This document shows positions 1-12,480 of a stretch of DNA of 64,000 nucleotides, in pieces (positions within the stretch are counted from its first letter, which is position 1; every line of letters starts with the position of its first letter). Below the pieces are notes generated by a model, which was not told where the DNA came from, ran no database searches, and worked only from the letters and a program-made list of their open reading frames with translations. This DNA is from Zygnema circumcarinatum SAG 698-1b (lineage: Eukaryota > Plantae > Zygnematophyceae): NCBI GenBank assembly GCA_037447605.1, contig CM074819.1, forward strand, positions 1,820,297 to 1,884,296, written 5' to 3'. The position numbers and the translations under genes were made by a program.

Positions 1-395
1 GCGGGAGAGGGAGGGAGAGGGAGGGCGGGAGAGGAAGAGGGAGAGCGGGAGAGGGAGAGGGAGAGGGAGAGGGAGGGCGGGAGAGGAAGAGGGAGGGCGG
101 GAGAGAGAGAGGAAGAGGGATAGTGAGTGGGAGACGGAGGAGAGAAGGGAGGAGGGGGTGGAGGGAGGTGGAGGGGAGGAGGAGAGGAACAGGGTGAGGA
201 GGAGAGGAGGAGGAGAGGGAGAGGGGGAGGAGGAGGAGAGGGAGAGGGGGAGGAGGATGAAAGGAGGAGGGGAGGGGGTGGGGAGGAGGGGAGGGGGGGA
301 GGGGAGGAGGGGAGGGGGTGGGGAGGAGGGGAGGGGGTGAGGGGAAGGAGGAGGGGAGAAGGAGGGAGGGAGGAGGAGGGGAGGAGGAGGAGGCC

Positions 396-3300
396 ATGGA
401 CGAGGCCATGGCGGAAGATTTGGCAGCAGCAGCAGCTAAGGGGAAAAGTAGAAATCGTTTTTTTGAAGGAGAGGGGAGATATCGCTTTCTTGCTCAAGGA
501 GAGGAGGAGAGAGCGGGAGAGGGGGAGGGAGAGGTAGAAAGTGGAGGCCCTGGTGGCTACGATCAAGACAGTAGGGTTTGGATCAGGGGAGAAAGGAGCA
601 GGGTAGAAGGTGCTATCCCTAGCCCCAGCCCTAATCCTAACCCTAACCCTAACCCTAACCCTAACCCTAACCCTAACCCTAACCCTAACCCTAACCCTAA
701 CCCTAACCCTAACCCTAACCCTAACCCTACCCGTAACCCCAACCCTAACCCTAACACTAACCCTAACCTTAACCCCAACCCTAACCTTAGCTCTAATTCT
801 GTGGCAGACTTAGGGTTAGGGCGGAATGGGGCGGGAGAGAGCAGCCCCTCGAGCAACAGCAGCTTTCCCGCCTCCTTTGGTAGAGATGTATCCTTTCCAC
901 ACTCGCCACCCGGCGGCTTCTTGTTGGGCCGCGGACACGAAGAAGTCGAACTGGAGTTTGAAGCAGCCATGGCGGCAGCTATGACTGCCGGTTCAACAGG
1001 AGGAGTTAGAGGAGGAGGAGGAGAAGGGGGGAGCGAGAGGCGCAGAAATGAGAGCTCCACATTTAAGGAATTTTCGTCTATAGAGAAGAGGGTGAGGCAG
1101 CTACTTGGAGGACTGCGTCAAGGAGGAGAGGTTAACCCTAGTCCTAGACTCGGAGGAGGAGGAGGAGGAGGAGAGGGAGGGGGAGGAGGAGGAGAAGACG
1201 CGGAAAGGGAAGGGGGGGAAGGGAGGGGAGGCGGGAGAAGAGGTTGGTGGAGGTGGGGGGAGGGGAGTGTGGGAGGGAGAGGGGATGGGAGGGCATTGTC
1301 TGTGCCGGCAGGGGGAGAGGAGAGAGGGGAGGCAGGGAGGGGGTTGGGGAGGAAAGGTGGGGAGGAGAGAGGAGGCGAGGAGGGTGGAGGTTGGGCAGGG
1401 AGGAGAGAGGATCTAGGAGCAGAGAGGGCAGGTAGAACAGGGAGGAGGTGGGAGCGGGGGTGGGAGCAATGGGCGGAAGATAGGAGAAGAGAGAGGGAAG
1501 TGGGAGGGAGAGCAGGAGAGGAGAGAGCAGGGAGGGGAGAGGTGAGAGAGTTTGAAGGCGTGGGAGCGGAAGCCGGAGTAGCTACAAGCGACGGGTCACC
1601 GCTACCTGATGCTCCCCTCCTACAGCTGGAAGGGGGCGGAGAGGAGGATGTGTTGGGAGAGGGAGAGGGCGAGGGAGAGGGAGCTGCAGGATCAAGTCAT
1701 ACTCCATTTTCCAAAAGGCCTAAGTTTTTGGTCAGCATGAGGTGGGTGGTCTCTCCCCCTCCCTCCCTCTCGCTCTTTCTCTCTCTATTTCTCTCGCTCT
1801 CTGCTGCTCCCTCCCGTCCTCCGCCTCTGTTCATCTTCTTACTTTCGCGCATTCTGTGTTCCTCAATTTGTGAAAATACAAGACATTGAAATGATCCAAG
1901 GATGACTAAAACCAGTGAACTTTTTGGTACATGCAGGCGAAGGATGAGGTGGAGCGGAGGTAGTGGAGGTGGTAGTGGGAGTGGGAGTGGGAGTGGTAGT
2001 GGTAGTGGTAGTGGGAGTGGTAATGGAGGTGGTAATGGAAGGGGGAGCCACATAGCCCGTGTTCGTTCGGGAATGTGGGGAGATAACAACACCCTCAATG
2101 AGGGATTTTCTCCTTCATCTCCTTCTCCCTTCAACTCTCCTCCCACTCCCAATCCCACTCTCTTACATGCACATCCCGGAGGAAGCGCGAGACCCTCTTG
2201 CCTTCTCTGGGAAGGCAATACAGGTGATGGGACATCGCTACCTCTCGATCTGCGGCGGGAACAGGAGGTCGAGCTACCCCTATCATTGAGAGGGGAAGAC
2301 GCATCTCCATTTCAAGGTTGGGAAGCTGGGAGTCCTTCTAACTGGCATGCGGGAGGAGAGGGAGAAGGTGAGGAGGGGTTTCCGCCCATGACGAGGGAGG
2401 CGATAAGAGCAGAGGGAGAGAGAGGAAATTGGGAAGGAGAGGATGAGGGAGAGGAGCAAGAGCAAGGAGAGAGGCCCCACCTTGACCTCATGGCGGATCT
2501 GCTACATAACGTTTTCTCCTTTTTGGATCAGCCGGGGCTATGTCGAGCTGCCATGGTTTGTCGGCAGTGGCGAAATGCTACTGAACATGAAGAATTTTGG
2601 AGACATATGAACTTCGAAGGGCACCAAGTCGGCAGGAGAGATGTAGAGAGACTCTGTGCCAAATACCCAAAAGTGGAAAGCTTAAATCTACGAGGAGCCC
2701 CTTGTGTGGATGATGCGTTAGTAAGGCAGGCTATATCGCAGTTGGAGGGTCTGAAATCCCTCACATTGGGCTATAGAGGATTCTTCAGCGACTCATTTTT
2801 TTGGGCCCTTAGTACAGAATGTCCCCAACTACTCACGTTACATGTGACGGATTCGCTGTTAGGTAGTGGAGGAGCACAGGAGATCCATGTACGTCACGAG
2901 AATTTACGGGAACTGGAAATTACGAATTGCCGGGTTCTCCGTATTGCGTTCCGTTGCCCTCGACTGAAAAACCTTTCTCTACATAGAACAAGCGCAGCTT
3001 CTGCTCACTTGCAGTGCCCAGAACTTCTCTCTCTCGATGTCTCCTTTTGCCATAAACTTTCGGATACCGGAGTTCGTCTCGCTGCCACTGCTTGCCCTCT
3101 CCTAACCTCTCTCAACATTCATCACTGCGCATTTGTGAGTGACGAAACGCTGCGAGAAATTTCTTTCGCCTGCCCGAACTTAGCCCGTCTTATCGGTTCA
3201 TACTGCCCGAACCTTTCTCTTGAAGGAGTTCGATTCAACTCTATGGTGGAACTCACATTAGAGGCATGCGAAGGGATAGTATCTACTTCCGTTACCCCTC

Positions 3301-6300
3301 TCTCCCACTGCCGATTTCTTGAAGTGCTCAACCTCGACTACTGCTCTCTCTTAGTCTCCGTCTCTCTCAATCTCCCATGTTTGAGAACTGCAAGTCTCGC
3401 TCATTGCAGGAAGCTTTCAGAAGTGAGTCTTCGGAGCCCAAAATTGGTAGCTTTGAATGTGACACAATGCATCAGTTTGAGCCGGATCGATGTTGCTTCA
3501 AGCGAAGTTAAATCTCTCGTTCTCAGAGAACAATTGGGATTAGAGTCGATCGCTCTCCAATGTCCTCTCCTCCGAGAAGTGGACCTCTCTGACTGCGATT
3601 CTCTCACTAATGAAGTCTTCAAAGTCTTCAGCGATGGAGGGGGATGTCCTCAGCTTCACTCTCTCACTCTCGACAATTGTGAGGTACGAATGTCGAAACA
3701 TTTTTGCTCGTTACTTGAGGAAATTCACAGATTACCCTTTTTTGGCAGTAGTTTCTGGTTTTTTTGTGCTGTTGTTGGCGGTTCAACCCACTGCCTTGCT
3801 TTTTTGGAGGAGAGAAGGAAGGGGACTCGTTTCGCTCATGCTTTTGGATGTTATGGACCTAAAAACCTTACAAAGCCTAGAAACTCTTTATTACTTTAAA
3901 AGCCCTTATGCCCCTCTTATGTTCTCATTTCATGCTCCTTTTCGTATTGCTGTAGCTTCGGTCTGCACGTAATGCGTGTACGTTTGTATATGATCTCATT
4001 CGTTCTTGTTATGATGTGTGATGGCTCACAAATGATGCAGGGCATAACAAATGTGAAACTTTCAAGCTCCCAACTCTGCCACCTATCACTTATTGGATGC
4101 CGCAACGTTCTCACTATCGACTTGGCCTGCCCCTCTCTCACTCGTCTCTCTCTAGATGGGTGTGACCGGCTCACTTCTGCCTCTCTCTCACCTGTCGGTC
4201 TCTCTCAACTCAACCTCGGAATCTGCTTCCACCTCTCCAGCTTAACTCTCACAGCTCCCTCTATGACTCAGCTCGATCTGAAGGGATGTGGGGCATTAAC
4301 GGAAGCAATTCTCAACTGCAGAATGCTCACATCTCTCGATGCTTCCTACTGCTCCGTACTCGGAGATGGATGTTTGGCAGAAACTGCGAAAAATTGCCCA
4401 GCTTTAAGGACCCTTGTTTTAGCTTCATGTCCGGGAATTCGACCTGCAGGACTTCGCTCTCTCAGCTCTCTCACAAACCTTACCACACTCGACCTCTCCT
4501 ACACATTTCTCGCAGACTTGACTCCAGTATATGAGGCTTGTACTGGTTTACGTGTTCTGCAACTATCGGCATGCAAGTTTTTGGATAACGGAGCTTTGCA
4601 ACCTCTATGTAGAGGAGAGGCCCTTCCTAATCTTGAAGTTCTCGATATCTCATTTGGGAGTCTTGGTAAAGGGGCAGTGGAAGATGTGCTCGCTCTATGT
4701 CCACATCTAGTTACAGTTTCACTGAACGGATGCGACCATGTGACAGATGCTATTTGGGAGAGAATCTCTCTGCCTCCACGATTGTCACGTAATCTCGATA
4801 TGGACATTGATATGTGGGAAAACCCTCCTACGTCTTCAGAAGGAGAGATTGTACTTGCAGAAGATAGCATTCTTTCGCCTAGCCACATGGGGGTAGGAGA
4901 TGCAAGTATAGAGTTTAAGCAGAGCCGGAAACGAGGGGCAGTGGAGGAGATGAGAGAGGAGGAGGGGGCAGATATGAATCCCTGGACATTTCCTCAATAT
5001 GGGAGAAGGTTACAGATGCTCTCTGCAGTCGGCTGTTTGGGAATCCGTTCCGTTGTACTCTCAAAGAACTCTGCATGTATAAACCTTTTCAGTTTGAACC
5101 TCTCTCTCGCTGCAAACCTGCGCGAGGTTCGGCTCTCAGTTCCGAACTTGACTGCTCTCAACTTGAGGTAAGCGAAGAAGGAGACTCTATGCCGGAACAA
5201 AACCCTTATGTTCTGAGCATGAGAAATGTTTTTGCTGCCCATCTCTCCTCTCCATTATGTTGCTTTCAGTTGTACAGATCTCAGCCGTAGTAACTTGCTA
5301 ATCTAACTGTTTTTACTTCTTCCCCCTCTCTCTCTCTCTCTCTCTCCCTCTCGTTCACTCTCCCTCTCCCTATCCCGCTCTCGCTCTCTCCCTTTTGTAT
5401 TTGTGTTGTTCTTGGTACATTACAGTCATTGCAGCTCTCTCAGCTTCCTCCGATTGGACTGCCCTCGTCTCACGAGCCTTTGTGTGCCGGTGAGTTCCTT
5501 TTTTGGGGCCTTCCTCACTCACAAAAATCTGGGCAGCGATTGAAAAGGAAAAAAACAAAAAAAGTGGGAAAATTTCATCCGTTGTTTCACCTTGACTTCT
5601 GCTATAATCCTTTTCCTTCGTTCAACTTCAGAGGTGCAAAAATACTGAAACACTTTTCTACGATGGGACCCTGAAAACCCTCTGATCATATCGCTCGGAA
5701 GTATGTATATACGTATATTACTTTTATATGCGTGGTATACATACGTACGCATACACATTTAACTTATGTAACGTAGACGCAAAAAGATATAGAATCATTG
5801 GAAGAACAAAATGTGTATATAAGCACATGTGTACTCATATTGTTTTAATTCCGGCTTCCTTCCCCTCTCCCCTCTCTCACCTCTCTTTCACTCTCTCTCC
5901 CCTTCCCTCACTTTCAAACTCTCTCTCCTTCCCTCACTTTCACTCTCTCTTTCCTTCCTCACTTTCACTCTCTCTTTCACTCTCTCTCTCCTTCCCTCAC
6001 TTTGACTCTCTTTCTCCTTCCCTTACTTTCACTCTCTCTCTCCTTCCCTCACTTTCACTCTCGTTCTCCTTCCCTCACTTTCACTTTCTTTCTCCTTCCC
6101 TCACTTTCACTCCCTCTCTCCTTCCCTCACTTTCACTCTCCCTCTCCTTCCCTCACTTTCACTCTCTCTTTCCTTCCTCACTTTCACTCTCTCCCCTTCC
6201 CCTCTTTCTCTCTCTCTCTCTTTTCTCTCTCTCTCCCCCTCTCTCTCTCTCTCTCTCTAGTCTTTACTGACTTATATTGCTTGTTGTTTGTTTTCCCTGC

Positions 6301-6656
6301 CATTGAGCGCAGGGTTGCGCTTTGGAAGCGGCCATGTTGGAGGCGGCAGTGAGCGGATGCCCTCTCTTGGAGACCCTCGATGTGCGGAACTGCGAGAAGG
6401 TGGGTAACTCCCCCATTTCGTGTTAAAAAAAAAAAAAAAAGGCTAAACCAAGAAGATAAATCGAACAAACCAAAACAAGATGGAAGGAAAGAAAATTGGA
6501 AACTATCGGTAAAGTAAGACCATTGTTATTATTATTTATTTTGGGTGGGCTGAACTCCAGCAAAGTTAGGGTTGGAGAGTGCAGGTTTCCCCCCTCGATT
6601 TGGAGAGGATTCGAGTGAGCTGCCCATGGGTTTGCCGACTTCACAACAGCCTCTGA
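396..6656 (+). CDS. FBL15: F-box/LRR-repeat protein, FBL15/SLOMO-like; exons approx. 396-1741, 1937-3683, 4041-5167, 5426-5489, 6313-6399, 6585-6656
   Basis: F-box motif DLMADLLHNVFSFLDQPGLCRAAMVCRQWR followed by many Cys-containing LRRs (CPLLTSLNIHHCAFVSDETLREISFACPNL, CPLLREVDLSDCDSLTN). GT-AG junctions splice in frame to a TGA at 6654-6656. The long low-complexity N-terminus makes the start uncertain. Confidence 0.9.
629..821 (+). repeat. (CCCTAA)n telomere-type array inside FBL15 exon 1, encoding poly-(Pro-Asn), followed by TTAGGGTTAGGG
   Basis: About 15 perfect CCCTAA units at 636-728, degenerate to about 790; two reverse units at about 810-821. Confidence 0.95.
5880..6260. repeat. CT-rich approx. 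24-bp minisatellite (CTTTCACTCTCTCTCCTTCCCTCA-like) in FBL15 intron
   Basis: Directly visible tandem units. Confidence 0.85.
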
Positions 6657-8995
6657 AGAGAGAGAGAGAGAGGGGAAGGGCTCAAAATTTTGAATATTTT
6701 TTTGATCTTTCGAATTTTGTGTACCAGTTTGTACTTTTCAAGACGGTGAACCGCACGGTATGGGAGCCTGCAGAGAGGACAGAGGGTTCGGAGTTTCGCT
6801 TTTAGGGTCCTCTAGTGTGTGTGTGTGTGTGTGTGAGGGAGAGTGTGAGAGAAAAGGAGAAAAAGAGAGAGAATGTGAGAGAGAACTGAAGGGAGGGAGG
6901 GAGGGAGGGAGGGAGGGAGGGAGGGAGGGAGGGGAGGAGGGGCATAACGAGAGGAAGTGGGGAGAGGGAGGGAGAGGTTGTTGGGAGGTGTTAGTGGGAA
7001 TAAGAGTCGGTATTTGTACTATGAGACTATGAGGGGTGAGAATAGTGGCGCTTTTTGAAAGCAGCATCAGTACTTGTGAGAGAGGCTCCGCATGCGAGGG
7101 AGGGAGGCACTTGGGATGGCCCAAAGTTTGGCAGTTTTTATGGTGAGGGCATGGCATACATGCATACATGCATGCATTGGGGTATGAAGATTTGAAGTGA
7201 CATTGATGTATGACAAACTCTTGTAAGAAAGGAAATGAAAATGGAGGCTGTGTACCTTCGGTGACCCGTCAAAACCCTAATTGTGGCTATAGAGGTGAAT
7301 GAGAGCTTCAAAGCCAAGGTCGAGTCTATGGTGCATGTAGCTTTTGAGGCTGCCAAATTGAATTGCTTCCATATATTGATGTACAATTCTGATTCAAATA
7401 TTTACATGATGTATATATTGGGCATTGTGTGTGATGGAGTGTCCTCCCCAATAGTCAAAAGAAGGAAAATAACTTTTACTCGCGATCGCTTGGCCATGTG
7501 TGCTGCTCTCAAATACTCCCGTCTTGCTGTAAGACTTTCCGTTGTAACGAGAATTTGCACTTCAGGATTTGCACACGGATTGGCATCTAACCCCCTCTCC
7601 TCCCCCCCCCCCTCCACCCTCCCTCTTCCTTCCCTATCCTCCTCCCCCTTCCTCTACTTCTCCCCTCCCCCTCCTCCCCCCTCTCCTCATCCCCATCCCC
7701 TCCTCCCTCTCCTCCTCAACCCCTCCCACTTCCTCCACCCCCCACCCCCTCTCCTCCTTCCCTACCCCCTCTCCTCATCCCCCTTCCTCTCCTCCTCCCC
7801 ACCCCCTCCTNNNNNNNNNNCCTCTTCCCTCCCTCCCCCGAGCGGCTCCCCCGAGCGGCTCCCCCGAACAGCCGTCATATGTTGGAACGCAACGGTAATC
7901 CGTCGAGCGTTCAACGCAAGCAAAGCGAATGCAGCGGTAGCTTCCCGTGCCGTACACGACCGTACAGATGCCCGTACCAACATTCGTACACGAGGTACGG
8001 TACGAGCGTCGTAGGTAGAGAGCTAGGCCGACTGGGCGGGACTGCCCAATACAGTTTGCCACGTCTGCAACTGGAGCCACGTGGCAGACTATGATTGGCT
8101 CCCGCCTTGCAGGTGTACAAGTACCTTCAATTCAGCCTCCGCCGACCTCGATAGTCAAAGTCAGCTCTAGGGTCAAAGCCCGCCTCTCGCTGCCACGTGG
8201 GCAGCCCCATTCTTGTCAGCGACAATTCCTATCGCCTTCTTTTGGCACTTTTTGCAGTGTGAACGATAGGACCGGGCCCGATCGGGCTCAGACTTATCCT
8301 GAATCCTCAAGTGTGAACAGGGAGTTCCTGGTCGATCTGTGCCTTGGCAGCAACCGCCCAGGCCGTACAGTGTCACGTTGTAGGTCGGTGACGAATCAAT
8401 GCATGACACGTGCGCATATGATGTACGGACCGGTGGAGGTCATAAGTGTGCTCGGGCGGCAAATAGCCGTTGGGCACTGTAGCGCTCCCGCGCAGGGGCC
8501 ACGTGGAGCCAAGACGGCAGCCTGGGGGGGGGGGGGGGGNNNNNNNNNNGGGAGGGAGAGGGGGAGGGAGAGGGGGAAGAAACGTGGGGGAGGGGAGAAG
8601 GGGGGGTGGAGGGAGAGGGAAGGGGGCGAAAAGCGTGGAGAAGGGGGGGGAGAGGGGAGAGGAGGGGGGAGGGGGACGGAGAGGGGGAGGGAGAGGGGGA
8701 GGGGGAGAGAGGAGAACGGGAGGGGGGGAGGGAAGAGGGGAGGGCTCTCTCTCAGCGAGGGAGGCGGGCTGAGGAAGGGAGAGGGCGGGGTGGTGAGGGG
8801 AGAGGGGGTGGCTCTCTTCCTGGGAGAGACACAAGGGGGGAGATCTAACGGGAGGTAGAGAGGGAGTACTGTGGAAGAGAGAGGTACTGAGGGAAACAGC
8901 AGGGTGGAGAGGGGATGGTGAGAGTGGTAGTGTGTGTGAGAGAGTGGGAGAGTAACGTTCTATTCACCCTTGTACGGAGGACAATGGATTGGCAG

Positions 8996-10859
8996 GAAAA
9001 ATTTGACATAGGGAGCGAAGTTAGAATCGATGCGGAGCAAATGAAGAACGGAACGCTCAGCATTGTTCTTCCGGCCACACATGTGAAGGCAGGTTTCAGT
9101 TCTGAACCACTGAAAACATGAAACCAAGCAAAACCCATAGACTAAATCGGAACTTTTGTGATTCCCAAAACCCTAATTCATCCGAAACACCTATCTACTC
9201 AATTTCTCAAAAGTGATGTAAATCGAAACTGACCAAACTTTAAGTCCGTCGTAACCCTAAAAACTCAACTTTTTCAATGTGAACCCTCAACCTGTCACCC
9301 TCAATTCTACCCTACCCTTAACCCAAAACCTTAAACCCTGAAACCTAACCCTTTAAACATGGGTCTTAAATTTTTTCCTGCAGATGGTGCTTTTGAACGC
9401 TCGAGAAGATCACCTAAAGCTTTTCTTACAATCTCTGGGTGCCATGCAAACCCTAAAAGCTGCTTCAAAACGGAATTCCGTTTCTTCCTCTTCTCTCTCT
9501 TCTAAAATGTTGGCAGCTGCTTCAAGCAATACTTCTTCTACACGCTCGAAAAGCTTTTCGACCAATTCTATGGCCTCCAGCCGTTTAACGGAATCCGTTA
9601 CATCTTCCGTTTTTTCGAGCCGTTTCACGGCTTCAACTGCTTCCATGTGTTCGAGTCACGTCACGCGGTCGAGTGCGTCAGTTTGTTCGACTCAGAGGTC
9701 GGAAAGTAGTCAGAGAAAGAACGAAATCAGTATTCAGCAAACCGATTTGCCGCACTTTAGGAGGCCCTTGAACAATATCTATTCTGGAAGTAGTAGTCCC
9801 CAAATGGTGAAAATTCCGAAAGACCCAAAAATTCCGAAGGACCCAAAAAGCCCAAAAGTTCCTAAGATTATTCAGACTCTCCCGCAAAACCCTAAAATTT
9901 CTGAACTCCCTAAACCCCCAAAGCAGCCTCTGGATTGGTCAAAATCGCCGAAGAAGGTACTCGGAAGTTTTGGATTATTTAAAGGGAAATCGAAAAAGGA
10001 TATTTTTGGTCGAGATTCCGAAATAATTGGTAAATTGAAGGTAGATAAAAAGGGGTCTGAGGAGACTGTGTATAGTGTGGAGCAGCAGGAGGCCATGCGG
10101 CTGGTAAAGGAGGGGAAAAGTTTTTTGCTGACCGGAAGTGCGGGCACCGGAAAATCTTTCATTTTAGAAGCAATTGTGAAGTCCCTCCCTCCTTCTACAA
10201 CCTTTGTTACGGCATCGACTGGTGAGAGCTCTTTCTCTCTCTCTCTCTCTCTCCCTTTCCTCTCTCTCAATCCCTCGCTCGCTTGCTCTCTCTCACACGC
10301 TTGCTTGCTCTTTCTCGTTCTCTCTCTCTCTCCCTCTCTCTCCTCTCCCATTACAGACATCTCTCTTTCTCTCTCTCCCTCTCTCTGCCTCTTGTCACAC
10401 TTTCGTTTTATCTTTCTATCGGTCTCTGAATCCTTACTATGTGCATTTAAAATCTGTACGGCTTCAGGAGCGGCTGCCTGCAATATACAAGGCACAACAA
10501 TTCTACATTTTGCAGGTACTTTTTTTCCTAATCTTTGGAAACCCTAAACCTTCAAACCTTGGAACTTGGAAACCCTAATGTCTGGAAACCTAACCTTTTG
10601 AGCCCCTCAAACTATGAAAAATCTCCAGCCTTGGAAACGCTAAATTGAAACGGTAGGCCTTGGAAACCCTAAAACTTTAAAGCCTAAACCTTGTAAACCT
10701 TATTTTTTTTTTTTTGGGCCAGGAATCGGGTTCGAAGATGACCCTTTAGAGCGGCTCGTGGAGAGGGCGGGGAGGAGGAGGGCAGCCGAGCGATGGCGGA
10801 AATGCAAAGTGCTCATCATTGACGAAGTGTCCTACTTGGATGGGAGACTATTTGATAAG
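8996..10859 (+). CDS. PIF1: PIF1-family 5'-3' DNA helicase, partial (exons 8996-9088, 9384-10221, 10468-10515, 10723-10859); 3' part lost at the 100-N gap, 5' start not found
   Basis: EQQEAMRLVKEGKSFLLTGSAGTGKS (motif I), TASTGAAACNIQGTTILHFAGIG, and WRKCKVLIIDEVSYLDGRLFDK (motif II) are hallmark PIF1 motifs. Confidence 0.9.
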
Positions 10860-10996
10860 GTGTCGGTCTCCCTCTCTGGCAATCTCCCTCTCCCCCNNNN
10901 NNNNNNNNNNNNNNNNNNNNNNNNNNNNNNNNNNNNNNNNNNNNNNNNNNNNNNNNNNNNNNNNNNNNNNNNNNNNNNNNNNNNNNNNNNNNNNNN

Positions 10997-11411
10997 GCCG
11001 AAAGCGGCAGGCGGAGGCCGCCTTGCACGCCGCGCAGCACTGCGCCGCCGAACCGCGCGCCGCCAGCTTCACCTTCTCGCCGCCCGAGCCGCTCAGCGCG
11101 ATGCTGCCGCTAAACGACAGGCTCCCGCCGTATAGCTTCAGCAGCCCGGCCAGGTCCGCTGGCACCTGCGAGCACGTGCGGAGCCCACCGCTTGACACGT
11201 GTCAGTGTCTGCCTTAAAACACGCGGCGGCCATGCGCGGCGGGAGAGAGCGCCACGTGGCGGAACTGACCGCGAAGGTGCCGGAGAGGCCGCCGGCGGCG
11301 CACGAGCCCGTGTTGCAGCCGCTGTTGGCGGCGTAGTCGGGGCAGGCGGCGGACCCGCGCAGGGCCACGCCCGCCAGCACGGCCAGAGCCAGAAGAGCCA
11401 GCCGCGCCATG
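10997..11411 (-). CDS. Inverted duplicate of the 5' exons of the PAN-like/root-cap gene, truncated by the assembly gap
   Basis: Translation MARLALLALAVLAGVALRGSAACPDY... and VPADLAGLLKLYGG...CCAACKAASACRF is the same as the 13509+ copy, on the opposite strand. Confidence 0.75.
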
Positions 11412-12145
11412 GCCGCGAGGGGGGCAGGCGGAGGGAGAGAGAGAGAGAGAGAGAGTAGAGAGAAAGAGAGAGGGGGGAGGGGAGGGAGAGAGAGAGTGAG
11501 AGAGAGTAGAGAGAAAGAGAGAGGGGGGAGGGGAGGGAGAGAGAGAGTGAGAGGGAGAGAGAGAGAGAGCAAAGGAGAGAGAGAGGGAGAGGGACAGAGA
11601 GGAGAGAGAGAGAGGAAGAGCTTGAGAGAGGAGGGAGGGAGCGGATGAGGGGATTGACGGCGCCGACCCGCTTTGTAGCAAAGCCCGAGGTGACGCCTGT
11701 CACGCCACCATCAACAGCCGCATGCCCGCGGCCAACCGCGTCGGTGCGCTACGCGACACGCGGCGAGCGAAAATTATAAGCTGACGTGGCGGCTAGCCAG
11801 GAGGTCACTGATGGCACTGTTGAGTTTTTCTTCCACAGTCCGTAACCACCGCGATTAACGGTCCGAATTGCAATACCGTCAAAATTGTGGATCTGGGGAA
11901 TAAATTTCTTTTGTCGTTTGATCTTTAAGGGAGAGTGTGACACCGTATCGTCATTTTGTAGTCTAGCAACGGCTACGAATAATTTTCTTGTTCGTTAATC
12001 GCTTCGTTTTGATTTCATTCTTTTGAGAAAATTTCAATAGTTGTCTAAGCTGAAAAGTGTTTTTTTGCTTCCGGTTTTGCCTCTGTGGACCAGTGACCAT
12101 CCTTCCTGGAATGGACAGGTTTCGGCTAAAGATACCGTTTTTGCA

Positions 12146-12278
12146 CGGGCAGGATCACGGGCAGGGGCAGGAGCACTGGCAGGGGCAGGATCACGGGCAG
12201 GGGCAGGAGCACTGGCAGGGGCAGGATCACGGGCAGGGGCAGGAGCACTGGCAGGGGCAGGATCACGGGCAGGGGCCG
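12146..12278. repeat. 36-bp GC-rich minisatellite, about 3.7 copies (GGGCAGGATCACGGGCAGGGGCAGGAGCACTGGCAG)
   Basis: Exact tandem units, each made of two related 18-mers. Confidence 0.95.
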
Positions 12279-12318
12279 GCACGCATGGGCATATTTATTT
12301 AATTTTCTTATGACTATA

Positions 12319-12480
12319 GGTAGTCTTGTTTTGCAAAAATAAAATCTGCCGACGGAAGGAGGTCGGTATCGATTCCAAAAAGGAGTGAAAAAAGCATTTT
12401 CCGTTTTTAAGCCTTTTTAAAATCTGCCCGGCCGGGAAGGGGTGTTTCGATCCAAACAAGGGGTGGAAATAACACTACCC
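12319..12480. mobile_element. Putative Mutator-like MITE (162 bp)
   Basis: Exact 9-bp direct repeat ATGACTATA at 12310-12318 and 12481-12489; ends GGTAGTCTTGTTT / AAATAACACTACC(C) form an imperfect TIR (11/13). Confidence 0.6.

Noticed and set aside
629-790. True chromosome end
   Set aside because: The array is internal, flanked by coding sequence on both sides.
888-896. U12-type donor-like GTATCCTTT
   Set aside because: Lies in an uninterrupted reading frame with no matching U12 branch point; probably chance.
7160-7590. Higher-complexity segment within ORF 7283-8014, possible TE or gene fragment
   Set aside because: No recognisable motif in the frames I read; the ORF length depends on a C-rich tract and an N gap.
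8996-10859. Helitron transposon (PIF1-like helicase)
   Set aside because: No Rep/HUH domain upstream; motifs and intron structure fit a cellular PIF1.
12034-12313. ORFs with PAPARD / GQDHGQ repeats
   Set aside because: Several frames are open because of a stop-free 36-bp GC-rich minisatellite.
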